Positions 44,380 through 54,500 of a DNA stretch of 64,000 nt are shown piece by piece. The DNA is taken from positions 96,001 to 160,000 of the forward strand of contig CAXHZO010000002.1 in assembly GCA_964022095.1 (NCBI GenBank). The letters run 5' to 3'. This DNA is from an uncultured Arcobacteraceae bacterium (GTDB lineage: Bacteria; Campylobacterota; Campylobacteria; Campylobacterales; Arcobacteraceae). Every line of letters starts with the position of its first letter. The first letter of the stretch is position 1. A program made the translations under genes and the position numbers. The notes under the pieces are model-generated. The model worked only from the letters and a program-made list of their open reading frames with translations. It was not told the DNA's origin and made no database searches.

Positions 44380-44463
44380 TATTAAATATAAAGATATGCT
44401 ATAGTATAACACACTAAAATATTATTAGTATTGATACTTAATAAAACATATAAAGGAGAGGTT

Positions 44464-44853
44464 ATGGAATCACAACAAGAGTTAATTTTAGACAAAAACT
44501 CTTTTCTTTTATCAGAAACTGATGAAAAGGGAATTATTCAATATGCCAATGATGAATTTTGTGAATATGCAGAGTATAAACTTGATGAATTGGTAGGCAA
44601 ACCACATAGTTTAGTAAGACATCCAGATATGCCAGCAGCTGCATTTAAAGACCTATGGGATACGGTTCAAAGTGGTAAGCCATGGAAAGGTTTTGTTAAA
44701 AATAGAACGAAAAACGATAAGTTTTATTGGGTTTTTGCAACGGTATTTCCTTTTATTTCTTGTGATGGTAGTAAAGGTTATATTTCTTGTAGAAGAATGG
44801 CTTCAAGAGAAGAAGTAATAAAATACGATGCTTTATATAAAACTATGAAGTAA
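44464..44853 (+). CDS. Stand-alone Aer/CetB-like PAS protein (ATG at 44464 preferred)
   Basis: [49 protein letters not shown]. Confidence 0.92.
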   Translation: MESQQELILDKNSFLLSETDEKGIIQYANDEFCEYAEYKLDELVGKPHSLVRHPDMPAAAFKDLWDTVQSGKPWKGFVKNRTKNDKFYWVFATVFPFISCDGSKGYISCRRMASREEVIKYDALYKTMK

Positions 44854-44863
44854 AGGAATTAAA

Positions 44864-47095
44864 ATGTTATATTTAAAAAGATTATCAATCAAAAACAAAA
44901 TTAAGCTTTTAAGTTTTATACCTTTGGGTGCATTATTAATTTTGGGTATTTTATATTCATCATATTTATACAATAAAAAATCAGCTCTTGAAAATGTAAA
45001 AGAGTTAATTTTAGTTGATGCAAAAATTTCACTATTGTTGCATGAAACACAAAAAGAAAGAGGAGCGAGTGCAGGTTACTTAGGAAGTAAGGGTGAAAAG
45101 TTTAAAGATATATTAGAAAATCAAAGAAATTTAACTAACACAAAACTAGAAGATTTAAAAACATATTTGGTTTCTATTGATAAATCACTTTTAATTTATG
45201 GTTTAGATGAAAAAATGGATTATGTTTTAAATGAATTTGCTAGATTAAATTCACTTAGAAGTTCAGTTGATGATTTAAGTATTCCAGCATCAAAAGCAAT
45301 TGGATATTATACAAATATTAATAAAAACTTATTAGAATTTATTGCAATTACATCGAAAAATGCATATGATGAGCATGTAATTGCTAATTTAACCGGATAT
45401 TACAACTTCTTAATGTCAAAAGAAAGAGCAGGTATTGAAAGAGCAGTTGGTGCAAATACTTTTGCTAAAGAAACATTTGGTAAAGGTATGTATCAAAAGT
45501 TTTTGATTTTAGTTAATCAGCAAGAAGTATATTTAAATGACTTTTATATATATGGCTCAGAATATGCAGCACATGTAAAAGAAAAACTTGATAATCCAAT
45601 AGTATTAGAAGTTCAAAAAATGAGAGATTTATTATTTGCACATGGTGCAAATAATGAAGTTGATCTTAATGTAGATGCAACAACATGGTTTAACTCTATT
45701 ACTAAAAAAATCAATGTTTTAAAAGAAATTGATGATTATTTATCAAATAGTATTTTGACTGAAATTGATGAAGAGATAGCAAAAGAAACAAGTATTGTTT
45801 CTACAATAGTAGTTATTTTATTAGTTTCATTATTTGTGATTATTTATTTACTAAATTTATTTATTGGAAGTATAAATAGAGGTATCAATAAAATTTCAAA
45901 AGGTATTGAGCAGTTTATGGCTTATTTGAATAAAGATATAAATGAAATCAATCATATTGAGCTTAATACAAAAGGTGAATTAGGAGATCTAGCAAAACTT
46001 GTAAATAAAAACATTGATAGAATTAATGGAGATTTAGAAAAAGATTTATTAACGGTTGGTGAAGCTACGATTACTCTTGATAAAGTAGAGAAGGGTTATT
46101 ACTCTTGTAGAGTTAACTCAACTCCTGCTAATTCTCAAGTATATATCTTAGCTAAGACTATCAATAGAATGTTAGATAATCAACAAAAAGTTATAAATAG
46201 TATTTTACAAACTTTAAAAGAGTACACAGATTATAATTTTATGAATACTATTAGAATAGATGATATTCATGGTGAATCTAAACAAATGATTGAAGGAATT
46301 AATGCCTTAGGTGATGCAATTACTTCAATGTTAAAAGAGAATAAAAACAATGGTCAAACACTACAAAAAGGCTCTTTAGAACTTCTTGAAAATGTTGACA
46401 AATTAAATACAGCATCAAATGATGCAGCAGCAAGATTAGAAGAAACAGCAGCAGCTGTTGATGAAATTTCTAGTAATGTAGCATCAAATACAGAAAATAT
46501 ATCTAAAATGGCAAGCTATGCAAATGAACTTAATAAAGCTGCAAATGATGGTCAAAACTTAGCGAACCAAACAGTAACATCTATGGAAGATATTAATACT
46601 CAAGTAACAGCAATTAATGAAGCTATTACAGTAATTGATCAAATTGCATTCCAAACAAATATCTTATCATTAAACGCTGCAGTTGAAGCAGCAACTGCTG
46701 GTGAAGCTGGAAAAGGTTTTGCAGTTGTTGCTCAAGAAGTTAGAAATTTAGCCTCAAGAAGTGCAGAGGCTGCAAATGAGATTAAATCATTAGTTGAAAA
46801 TGCTAATGAGAAGTCTAGCCTAGGTAAGGGTATTGCAGGGCAAATGATTGAAGGTTATAATAAATTAAATGAAAATATCAGTAGTACATTATCATTAATT
46901 GATGAAGTTGAAAATGCTTCAAAAGAGCAAAGAACAGGTATTAGTCAAATAAGTGATGCTATTAATTCATTAGATAAACAAACACAAATAAATGCAAATA
47001 TTGCAAATGGAACAAATGATATTGCACATAATACATCTAAATTAGCTGAAACAGTTGTTAGTTCAGTTGATAATGCCCAATTCAAAGGGAAGTAA
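44864..47095 (+). CDS. Methyl-accepting chemotaxis protein with a periplasmic NIT (nitrate/nitrite-sensing) domain
   Basis: [13 protein letters not shown] and KERAGIERA (NIT-like); [17 protein letters not shown]...[12 protein letters not shown] signalling tip. Confidence 0.92.
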   Translation: MLYLKRLSIKNKIKLLSFIPLGALLILGILYSSYLYNKKSALENVKELILVDAKISLLLHETQKERGASAGYLGSKGEKFKDILENQRNLTNTKLEDLKTYLVSIDKSLLIYGLDEKMDYVLNEFARLNSLRSSVDDLSIPASKAIGYYTNINKNLLEFIAITSKNAYDEHVIANLTGYYNFLMSKERAGIERAVGANTFAKETFGKGMYQKFLILVNQQEVYLNDFYIYGSEYAAHVKEKLDNPIVLEVQKMRDLLFAHGANNEVDLNVDATTWFNSITKKINVLKEIDDYLSNSILTEIDEEIAKETSIVSTIVVILLVSLFVIIYLLNLFIGSINRGINKISKGIEQFMAYLNKDINEINHIELNTKGELGDLAKLVNKNIDRINGDLEKDLLTVGEATITLDKVEKGYYSCRVNSTPANSQVYILAKTINRMLDNQQKVINSILQTLKEYTDYNFMNTIRIDDIHGESKQMIEGINALGDAITSMLKENKNNGQTLQKGSLELLENVDKLNTASNDAAARLEETAAAVDEISSNVASNTENISKMASYANELNKAANDGQNLANQTVTSMEDINTQVTAINEAITVIDQIAFQTNILSLNAAVEAATAGEAGKGFAVVAQEVRNLASRSAEAANEIKSLVENANEKSSLGKGIAGQMIEGYNKLNENISSTLSLIDEVENASKEQRTGISQISDAINSLDKQTQINANIANGTNDIAHNTSKLAETVVSSVDNAQFKGK

Positions 47096-47103
47096 AAGAG
47101 TTT

Positions 47104-48144
47104 TTAACTCTTTCTTCTCTCATTTCTTTTTGCTAAATTAGACATCATAATTCCAATCCATTTTGTTTCACTATTTGAATCAAATGCTATTTTTAAAGTC
47201 ATTGTAATTGGCACTGCTAAGAACATACCAACAATTCCTAAAATCCAACCCCATAAAATTAATGAGAAAAATATTACAAGAGGTGATAATCCTAACTCTT
47301 TCCCCATAAGTTTAGGCTCTAATATATTACTAATAGAGATATTTATAACTACATAAAGAACAGTTACATATGCAGTTGTATTGATATCTGAATTCATTAG
47401 TGATAGAAGTATTGCAGGAACTGCTGCTATTATTGAACCAACAACTGGAACAAAATTAAAAAGTGCTGCAATAACTCCCCATAAAATTGGGTAATCAACA
47501 TTAAAGTACATAAGGTTTACTGTAATAATAAAGCCTGTTAAAAAACTTGTAAATGTTTTAACTAAAAAGTATTTTTGAATATTTTTAGAAAATAGATTTA
47601 CATGTTGAAGTTTTTGGGCATTGCTTTGAAGTATTATTTTTAGTTTTGTTTCAATTGATTTTGCTTCTGCAAGTATAAATGCAACCCCAATAATTACTAA
47701 TACAAATTTTGATAAAAATGTACCAATACTTCCAATTATATTAGTAGTAAAACCTACAAAAGAACCAAAATTTAGTGCTTGTATTATTTTATCTCTATCT
47801 ACTTCATATCCAGTTTGTTCAATATATACAATACCATTTACAATTAGGTCATTTATTTTTGTTTCATAATTTGGTAGATTCTCTATAAAATCTTTTAGTG
47901 ATATATTTATTACATATGCCAAAAGTAAACTTATTATTATCAAAATTGATAAAGATATGATATATGCAAAAAACATAGGAATTTTTTTCTTTCTTAAAAA
48001 ATTAAGAAGTGAAGATAAAATTGAAGCAATAAATATTGCCAAAAATAGTATAACTAATATTTCACTAGCAACTTTTAATCCAGCAATAATAACAACTGAT
48101 GTTGCTAGAAAAAAGAAGTACCTTGTTAAATTTGAACTACTCAA
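47104..48144 (-). CDS. AI-2E family transporter
   Basis: Multi-TM; FNFVPVVG, NILEPKLMG..LGLSP, WGWILG..GMFLAVP. Confidence 0.92.
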   Translation of the reverse strand: MSSSNLTRYFFFLATSVVIIAGLKVASEILVILFLAIFIASILSSLLNFLRKKKIPMFFAYIISLSILIIISLLLAYVINISLKDFIENLPNYETKINDLIVNGIVYIEQTGYEVDRDKIIQALNFGSFVGFTTNIIGSIGTFLSKFVLVIIGVAFILAEAKSIETKLKIILQSNAQKLQHVNLFSKNIQKYFLVKTFTSFLTGFIITVNLMYFNVDYPILWGVIAALFNFVPVVGSIIAAVPAILLSLMNSDINTTAYVTVLYVVINISISNILEPKLMGKELGLSPLVIFFSLILWGWILGIVGMFLAVPITMTLKIAFDSNSETKWIGIMMSNLAKRNERRKS

Positions 48145-48160
48145 GTTAAAAATCCTTTTT

Positions 48161-49933
48161 TTAAATTAATTGTTTTTTTACAAACTCTAAATAGTGTCCC
48201 TCTTGATCTTCAAGCTCTTCATGGGTTCCACTTTGTACGAGTTTACCATCATTTAGTACATATATTGTATTTGCATTTTTTACAGTACTTAGACGATGTG
48301 CTATTGTGATTACTGTTTTATCTTTTAAGAACTCCTGTAAATCAATAAATAGCTTTGCTTCAGTATGAACATCAAGGGCAGATGTAGATTCATCGAAGAT
48401 TACAACTTTTGGATTGTTAATTATCATTCTTGCAATTGATAATCTTTGTCTTTGTCCACCACTTAATCTAATACCATGTTTACCTACAATTGTATCTAAA
48501 CCTTCGCTCATTTTTAATACAGCATCTTCTAATTGAGCTACTTTTAGTGCTTGAAAAATCTCTTCATCACCAATATCAGGTTTTCCCATTGTTATGTTAA
48601 ATCTAAGTGTATTATTAAATAGTATTGGCATTTGTAAAACTAAAAATATATTATTTCTAATTGAGTGTTTATTTAGTTTATCAATACTTGTATTATTATA
48701 AATAATATCACCACCGTTTTTTTCATAAAAACCTGAAATCAATTGTGCAAGAGTGGTTTTACCGCTACCACTAGCGCCAATTAGAGCAACTTTATCTTTT
48801 GCTTTAATTTCTAAACTTATATCATCTATAATATTTTTATCTTTATTATATGCAAAAGTTAAGTTTTGAATTTTTATTGTTAATTCATCATTTATATTTG
48901 GTATTTCTTGTGTTGAGTTTTTTTCTTTTTTTAGATCTAGTATTTTATTGATTCTCTCAATTGCAGCATTTGCACTAGCCCATGAATACTGAATAGTAAG
49001 AATATCTTGAACAGGAGACATAATAAACCAAATATACCCAAACATTGCAAACATCATACCGATTGTTAAATCACTATAAGCCACTAAAATAAGTCCTGTA
49101 GCTCTAAAGATTTCAAAAGTTATAAGAAATATTGTAAATGAAAATCTTTCATAAGCTACACTTTTATAATTGTATTCATTTGATGTTGTTTTTATTATAT
49201 TAGCTTTTTGTTTTGATTCATTAAAAAAATATTGCTCTTTATTACTTGCTTTTATTTGACCAAATAGTTCTAGTGTTTCACTTATATTATTTTGAAAACT
49301 TTCAATTGCATTGTTTTCTTGTTTTTTTAATACACCAGTTTTTTTAGAGATTTTTTTTGATAAAATCATGATAATTGGTTGAATAAATAGAATCATAAAA
49401 CCCAAAATTGGATCAATTGCTATTATCACAATTGCTACAAAAATCAGTGTTAAAACAGAAGAAACAAATTTACTTGCAACAGATACAATAAAGTTATCTA
49501 AAGTGTTAACATCAGTTATTAAATTTGCAGCAATTGAACCTGAACCAAGGCCTTCATACTCATTCATGCTAACTTTTTCTAAATGATTTAATAGATTTAA
49601 TCTAATTTGATAGGTAACATATTTTGATATTTTAGTGAAAATTTTTGTAATAACAACGCCAATTGCAAAATATAAAACTCTTAGAAAAACTACAACGAAT
49701 GTTACTATGGCTATATAGTAAAAAGCACTTCCCGAACTAAAGAACTCATTTATATTATTTACAAAAAAACCTGGCTTGTTTAATAGTACTTCATCAACTA
49801 ACATTGGCAAAAGTAAAGGAATAGGAACACTTATAAGTATTGCAATTATTGTTATGATTTGACCCCAAATAAGGGTCTTTTTATTGTGAAGTAATAATTT
49901 GAATATGTATTTTAGAGAAATTTTATTTTCCAT
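48161..49933 (-). CDS. ABC exporter (fused TMD and ATPase)
   Basis: GASGSGKT, LSGGQRQR, IFDESTSALD, IAHRLST. Confidence 0.95.
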   Translation of the reverse strand: MENKISLKYIFKLLLHNKKTLIWGQIITIIAILISVPIPLLLPMLVDEVLLNKPGFFVNNINEFFSSGSAFYYIAIVTFVVVFLRVLYFAIGVVITKIFTKISKYVTYQIRLNLLNHLEKVSMNEYEGLGSGSIAANLITDVNTLDNFIVSVASKFVSSVLTLIFVAIVIIAIDPILGFMILFIQPIIMILSKKISKKTGVLKKQENNAIESFQNNISETLELFGQIKASNKEQYFFNESKQKANIIKTTSNEYNYKSVAYERFSFTIFLITFEIFRATGLILVAYSDLTIGMMFAMFGYIWFIMSPVQDILTIQYSWASANAAIERINKILDLKKEKNSTQEIPNINDELTIKIQNLTFAYNKDKNIIDDISLEIKAKDKVALIGASGSGKTTLAQLISGFYEKNGGDIIYNNTSIDKLNKHSIRNNIFLVLQMPILFNNTLRFNITMGKPDIGDEEIFQALKVAQLEDAVLKMSEGLDTIVGKHGIRLSGGQRQRLSIARMIINNPKVVIFDESTSALDVHTEAKLFIDLQEFLKDKTVITIAHRLSTVKNANTIYVLNDGKLVQSGTHEELEDQEGHYLEFVKKQLI

Positions 49934-50012
49934 AATCTTCTTTTATTTTTTTACTTACTTTTTACTATAAAATTTGTAAATAAGATATTAAATTAAAAAA
50001 AGATTTTAAAAA

Positions 50013-50663
50013 TTATAAGAAATCAGCTCTATAACCAACTCCTGAGACATTTTTTATTAGCTCTTTATATACTTTTTTTCTAAGCTCCTTAACAACTGAT
50101 CTTAATGCATCTTGACTCATTGGATCTTCCCAAACTGCTTCTTGAATTTCATCATAACTTAAAGATTTGTTAGGGTTTTTAATTAGAAGATTTAAAAATA
50201 GTTTTTCTTTATTTGATAGAGATACTATTTCACCTTTTTTTAGTAAAGTTTTATTATATAAATCATAAACAAAACCATTTTTTAGTTTTATAATATTTGA
50301 TCTATTAGAATCAAATTGTTTTATACAGTCTTTAATTACACTTAAAAAAGCCTCTTTTGATTTGTAGTCATTTATAAATTTAATATGTTCTAATTCAATA
50401 CTTTCTTTTATATACTCTTTTTTTAATTCATCTAAAATGGCAACGACTTGTACATTTTCATTTACTTGTCTTATTTTTTTTAGTGACTCATAATTATATT
50501 TAGTGATTAATAAATTGATCTTTTTTGTACCAATTAAACTTAATAACTCTTCTTCGTTATTAAATTTTGATAAGTTCGGTGTGTTAGAAATTAGATAGTC
50601 ATTTATTTCATTATTTAATATGTCAGTATGGTATCCAACATTAACAAATTTTAGTTCTCTCAT
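50013..50663 (-). CDS. OmpR-type winged-helix regulator with a degenerate receiver domain
   Basis: LSNKE, ALRSVVKELRKK, NVSGVGY; receiver Asp residues absent. Confidence 0.85.
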   Translation of the reverse strand: MRELKFVNVGYHTDILNNEINDYLISNTPNLSKFNNEEELLSLIGTKKINLLITKYNYESLKKIRQVNENVQVVAILDELKKEYIKESIELEHIKFINDYKSKEAFLSVIKDCIKQFDSNRSNIIKLKNGFVYDLYNKTLLKKGEIVSLSNKEKLFLNLLIKNPNKSLSYDEIQEAVWEDPMSQDALRSVVKELRKKVYKELIKNVSGVGYRADFL

Positions 50664-50819
50664 ATGTTCCTCAAAAGTTTTTATTTATTGTATTTTATCA
50701 ATTAAATGTGATAAAAAAGTGAAATGAATAAGTATTTATAACATATGTAGCTTAAAAGATAATTTAAAAGGTTTTTAAATAATTGATAATAACAGTAGTG
50801 TATAGAAAAATAAAATTAA

Positions 50820-51119
50820 TTATTTTTCTATAGAAGAGTACATTTTTTCACAAACTTCGATTTTCATTCCATCGTGCCATGAACAGTTTAGTCCACATTT
50901 AAATATTGCAGAATTTTTAAGGTTTTGGTTATTTATTTGTTCGATTGAAGCTTCTTTACACTCTTTTAAAGTTTTGAAAGTTATAGGACTTTTTACACTT
51001 CTTTTTGTATTTTCTTTGTCAGGATAAATATAAGCAGTCCATTGGGCTTCTTTTTCTTCTCCAAAACATCCACTTAAAATTAGTGTTGTAGCTGTAAGCA
51101 GTAATAAGTTTTTTAACAT
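50820..51119 (-). CDS. Small lipoprotein with four additional Cys
   Basis: LSGC lipobox; W..YIYP, TLKECK, FKCGLNC, VCEK. Confidence 0.85.
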   Translation of the reverse strand: MLKNLLLLTATTLILSGCFGEEKEAQWTAYIYPDKENTKRSVKSPITFKTLKECKEASIEQINNQNLKNSAIFKCGLNCSWHDGMKIEVCEKMYSSIEK

Positions 51120-51168
51120 TCTCTCTCTTTTTTTATTTAGATTTTAATTAAAAAAAGATTAATAAGTG

Positions 51169-51936
51169 TTAAACTGATATATTTTGTAAAGTCTGTTTAA
51201 TAAGGTTAAAGTTTCTAAGCTCCTCTTTTAATTTTAAATTCTCCAAATATAGATCAATTGCTTTGTTTAATTGTTCACTTACTTTGCCAGTAGATGCTGC
51301 TTTATTTATAGTGTCTGGTTTATACCCTAATTCAAATGCTAGTACTTTGTATGTTAGGTTTAAATCTTTACATACATTTTTAATTAAGTTTGGATTTAAT
51401 TCTTCAAATAAAGTATTTGTTTCAATACCAAAAGAGTCTGCAACATCTTGAATTATATTTTTTTTCTCTAATAGAATTTTTCTATACTGGTATTGTTTGT
51501 CTTTTGGATCAAAAAGTTTTAAGTTCTCTTTTTGAATACCTATAAATAGATTTTTACCATTACATCCAATTAATTCATCAAATGCAACTACAAGTAATGG
51601 TTCATCTAAATGTTTAAATGTTTCAATAAACATAAATGAATTAATATAGTTAGTTTTTGTTCTAGATTCTTTGTACTCTTCAAAAGTAAACTCTATTAGT
51701 TCTTCTTTAAAGTTTAATTGTAGATTATCTTTTACTTGGTGAGATTTAATTACTATATGAAAGTGAAGAGGGTTATCTCTGTTATTTGAAAAAATATTAA
51801 TAATATCTTCTTTTTGTATTTCGTTTTTCTTTAGTTGCTCTACTAATTCTTCAACATAATTAGTATCTTTATGGTTATTGTGTTTATCTCTAACTAAATA
51901 GGGGATTTTATTAAATAGTTTCCCAACTTGCGTCAT
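51169..51936 (-). CDS. Hypothetical protein with a C-terminal Cro/XRE-like HTH and coiled coil
   Basis: IKNVCKDLNLTYKVLAFELGYKPDTINKAAS; AGGA RBS; N-terminal approx. 175 aa not recognised. Confidence 0.7.
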   Translation of the reverse strand: MTQVGKLFNKIPYLVRDKHNNHKDTNYVEELVEQLKKNEIQKEDIINIFSNNRDNPLHFHIVIKSHQVKDNLQLNFKEELIEFTFEEYKESRTKTNYINSFMFIETFKHLDEPLLVVAFDELIGCNGKNLFIGIQKENLKLFDPKDKQYQYRKILLEKKNIIQDVADSFGIETNTLFEELNPNLIKNVCKDLNLTYKVLAFELGYKPDTINKAASTGKVSEQLNKAIDLYLENLKLKEELRNFNLIKQTLQNISV

Positions 51937-51967
51937 AATTAATTCCTAGTATTTTATAAATTGGAAT

Positions 51968-52002
51968 ATTATATTATACAAATGTCTCAGAAATGACTCA
52001 AT
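51968..52002 (-). promoter_or_regulatory. 35-bp element copy 2, including a TATAAT box, upstream of the HTH gene
   Basis: Minus strand reads attgagtcatttctgagacatttgtataatataat, 31 bp upstream of the ATG at 51936. Confidence 0.75.
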
Positions 52003-52057
52003 TTTGATTTTTCAGAAAAGAATTTGAAATTTTCTTTAAATTTTAATAAGATTGATT

Positions 52058-52088
52058 TACAATTATTATACATTTACTATGCTATAAT
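52058..52088 (+). promoter_or_regulatory. Extended -10 promoter with an upstream 11-bp-period direct repeat
   Basis: TACAATT-atta-TACATTT then TGcTATAAT (52080-52088), upstream of DUF1104-RR-HK. Confidence 0.5.
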
Positions 52089-52115
52089 AGTACAAATTTT
52101 AGAAAAAGTGAAAAA

Positions 52116-52334
52116 ATGAAAAAAATAGTAATTTCAGTAATATTTATCTTTACTTCACTACTGGCAAAAGTTGATTATAGTGAAATGAGTACTCAAGAGC
52201 TTATCGCAATTATGGGCTATGTAAAGAGTGAAAATAAAAATGAATTTAAAAAAGAATTAAATGCAAGAGTTCCTTTGATGAATACAAAAGAGCAAGAAAT
52301 GTATAAAAAAAATAAAAAGAAATTAGAAAAATAA
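52116..52334 (+). CDS. DUF1104-family small periplasmic protein
   Basis: Signal peptide, DYSEMSTQELIAIMGYV...FKKELNARV. Confidence 0.8.
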   Translation: MKKIVISVIFIFTSLLAKVDYSEMSTQELIAIMGYVKSENKNEFKKELNARVPLMNTKEQEMYKKNKKKLEK

Positions 52335-53005
52335 TGAAAACAAAACTTTTACTATTAGAGGATGATTTAACACTTAGTGAAACTGTTGTTGAGTATTTTG
52401 AAGAGCAGGGTTTTGCTATAGATTATGTATACGATGGAGAAGATGCTTTATCTTCAATTTATGAAAAAAATTATGATTTATTGCTACTAGACGTAAATGT
52501 ACCAAATAAAAATGGATTTGAAGTTTTAAAAGAGATTAGAAAAGAAAAAAACACTACACCCGCAATTTTTATAACATCTCTTAACTCTATGGAGTCACTA
52601 GAAGAGGGTTTCCAAAGTGGCTGTGATGATTATATTAGAAAGCCTTTTGAGTTAAAAGAGCTTTTAATTAGAGTTCAAACGATTTTAAAAAGAGAATTTT
52701 CAAACACTAAAGAAGAGATAATATCTTTTGGGGATGGATTAGTATTTAATCTAATTTCTGGAGAATTAAAAAAAGATGATGTAGAAATAAAATTAAATCT
52801 AAAAGAGTTAAAACTTTTAAAACTATTTTTACAACATCAAAATGAGCTATTATCCCATGATAAAATCTACGATTTTGTTTGGGATTATGATGAAGAGTAT
52901 AGTGATAACTCTTTAAGAACTTATATAAAAAACCTAAGAAAAATTGTAGGGAAAGAGAAAATTGTTAGTCTTAAAAAACTTGGATATAGATTTAACCAAG
53001 AGTGA
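52334..53005 (+). CDS. OmpR-family response regulator
   Basis: LLEDD, LLDVNVP, ITS, DDYIRKPF, LRTYIKNLRK. Confidence 0.96.
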   Translation: MKTKLLLLEDDLTLSETVVEYFEEQGFAIDYVYDGEDALSSIYEKNYDLLLLDVNVPNKNGFEVLKEIRKEKNTTPAIFITSLNSMESLEEGFQSGCDDYIRKPFELKELLIRVQTILKREFSNTKEEIISFGDGLVFNLISGELKKDDVEIKLNLKELKLLKLFLQHQNELLSHDKIYDFVWDYDEEYSDNSLRTYIKNLRKIVGKEKIVSLKKLGYRFNQE

Positions 53006-54149
53006 GGCTAGAACACTTTTAGGTTTTGGTCTTATTTATTCATTATTAGTATTAATTATTATTGGAAGTTTTGCTTTTTTGTATTACACTTTTCAAAAAG
53101 ATTTAATGCTTCAACATAAAAGAGAAGTTCTTCAAGAACACTCAAATGATTTTGTATCAAGATTAAAAGACTTACATATTAACTTTGACAAATATAAATT
53201 TTATCCAAGACACAATGACTATCAATCAGCTATATATGATAGTGAACACAAAGAGATATTTTCACTATTAAAATCAAAAGATATTAATTTAAGTAAAGGT
53301 ATTTATTTAAGTGATGATTATATTCATTTTATAAAAGAACCAGAATCTTACTATCTTGGTAGTAAATATGTGATTATTGAGATTAAAGATGATAAGTTAT
53401 GGCTTACAAAAGTTAATAATGAAATTATACTAATCTCTATTATCGCTTTTATTATTATGATGACAATTGGATATTTTTTAGCAAATTTATTTTTAAGACC
53501 AATGAAAGATGCTCTTAATTTACTTGATAGGTTTATCAAAGATACAACACATGAATTAAATACTCCAATTTCTGCAATTATTACAAATATTGAGATGATT
53601 GATAAACATAGTTTAGATGAAAAGCTTTATAAAAAAATCAATAGAATAGAAATTGGTGCAAAAACAGTTTCAAATATATATGAAGATTTAACTTTTATTA
53701 CTTTAAACAATAAAATCATATCTCAAAATAAACAATTAGACTTAACAAGAATTGTAAAACAAAGAGTAGAGTATTTTAAATCATTAGCTTTAATGAAGAA
53801 AATTATATTTGATATTAATATAGATGAAGACATAACTCTTTTTTGTGATGAAAAGAAGATTTCAAAACTAATAGATAATCTTTTATCAAATGCAATTAAA
53901 TATAATAAAATAGCAGGGAATATAAGTGTTGTTTTAAAAAGTGGCTTTTTAAGTATAGAAGATACAGGAAAAGGTATTAGTGAAGATAATCTTGATGATT
54001 TATTTGAAAGATATGCAAGGTTTGATAAAAGTGTTGGAGGTTTTGGAATAGGTTTAAATATTGTTTCACTTATTGCAAAAGAGTATAATTTAGATATAAA
54101 TGTTTCATCACAATTAAATATTGGAACGAAAGTAGAGATAAGATGGTAA
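52962..54149 (+). CDS. Sensor histidine kinase
   Basis: Two TM, DTTHELNTP, NLLSNAIKY, DTGKG, GGFGIGL. Confidence 0.95.
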   Translation: MLVLKNLDIDLTKSEARTLLGFGLIYSLLVLIIIGSFAFLYYTFQKDLMLQHKREVLQEHSNDFVSRLKDLHINFDKYKFYPRHNDYQSAIYDSEHKEIFSLLKSKDINLSKGIYLSDDYIHFIKEPESYYLGSKYVIIEIKDDKLWLTKVNNEIILISIIAFIIMMTIGYFLANLFLRPMKDALNLLDRFIKDTTHELNTPISAIITNIEMIDKHSLDEKLYKKINRIEIGAKTVSNIYEDLTFITLNNKIISQNKQLDLTRIVKQRVEYFKSLALMKKIIFDINIDEDITLFCDEKKISKLIDNLLSNAIKYNKIAGNISVVLKSGFLSIEDTGKGISEDNLDDLFERYARFDKSVGGFGIGLNIVSLIAKEYNLDINVSSQLNIGTKVEIRW

Positions 54150-54475
54150 GAGTTTTCTTTTGTATTTTATTAATAATTAATATTGCTTACACAAAAGATG
54201 TATTTGAATCAAACTGTGTTAAATGTCATAATAAACTGCCTGTAAGTATTGATAAGTATTTTTATAGATATCTATTAAAATACAGTGGTGAAAATGCTCT
54301 AAAAGAGTCTATGTATGAATACTTGAAAAAACCATCTAAAGAAAAAACAATAATGCCAGAAGCTTTTATAAACAGATTTGGTGTAAAGAAAAAAAGTAAA
54401 CTAAAAGATGAGCAGTTAAAAAAAGCTATTGATATATATTGGGAAAAATATAAAGTATTTGGAAAGTTAAAATAA
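54143..54475 (+). CDS. Monoheme c-type cytochrome
   Basis: Signal peptide, CVKCH, distal IMP Met. Confidence 0.8.
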   Translation: MVRVFFCILLIINIAYTKDVFESNCVKCHNKLPVSIDKYFYRYLLKYSGENALKESMYEYLKKPSKEKTIMPEAFINRFGVKKKSKLKDEQLKKAIDIYWEKYKVFGKLK

Positions 54476-54500
54476 ACCCAAGTTTTAAACTTGAGTTTAT
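54472..54500. terminator. Hairpin between convergent genes, probable bidirectional terminator
   Basis: ataaacccaagttt-t-aaacttgagtttat (one mismatch, G-U on the minus strand). Confidence 0.6.

Noticed and set aside
50042-50054. ctgagacattttt, a 13-nt match to the 35-bp element
   Set aside because: Lies in coding sequence for the conserved KNVSG winged-helix motif; probably coincidence.
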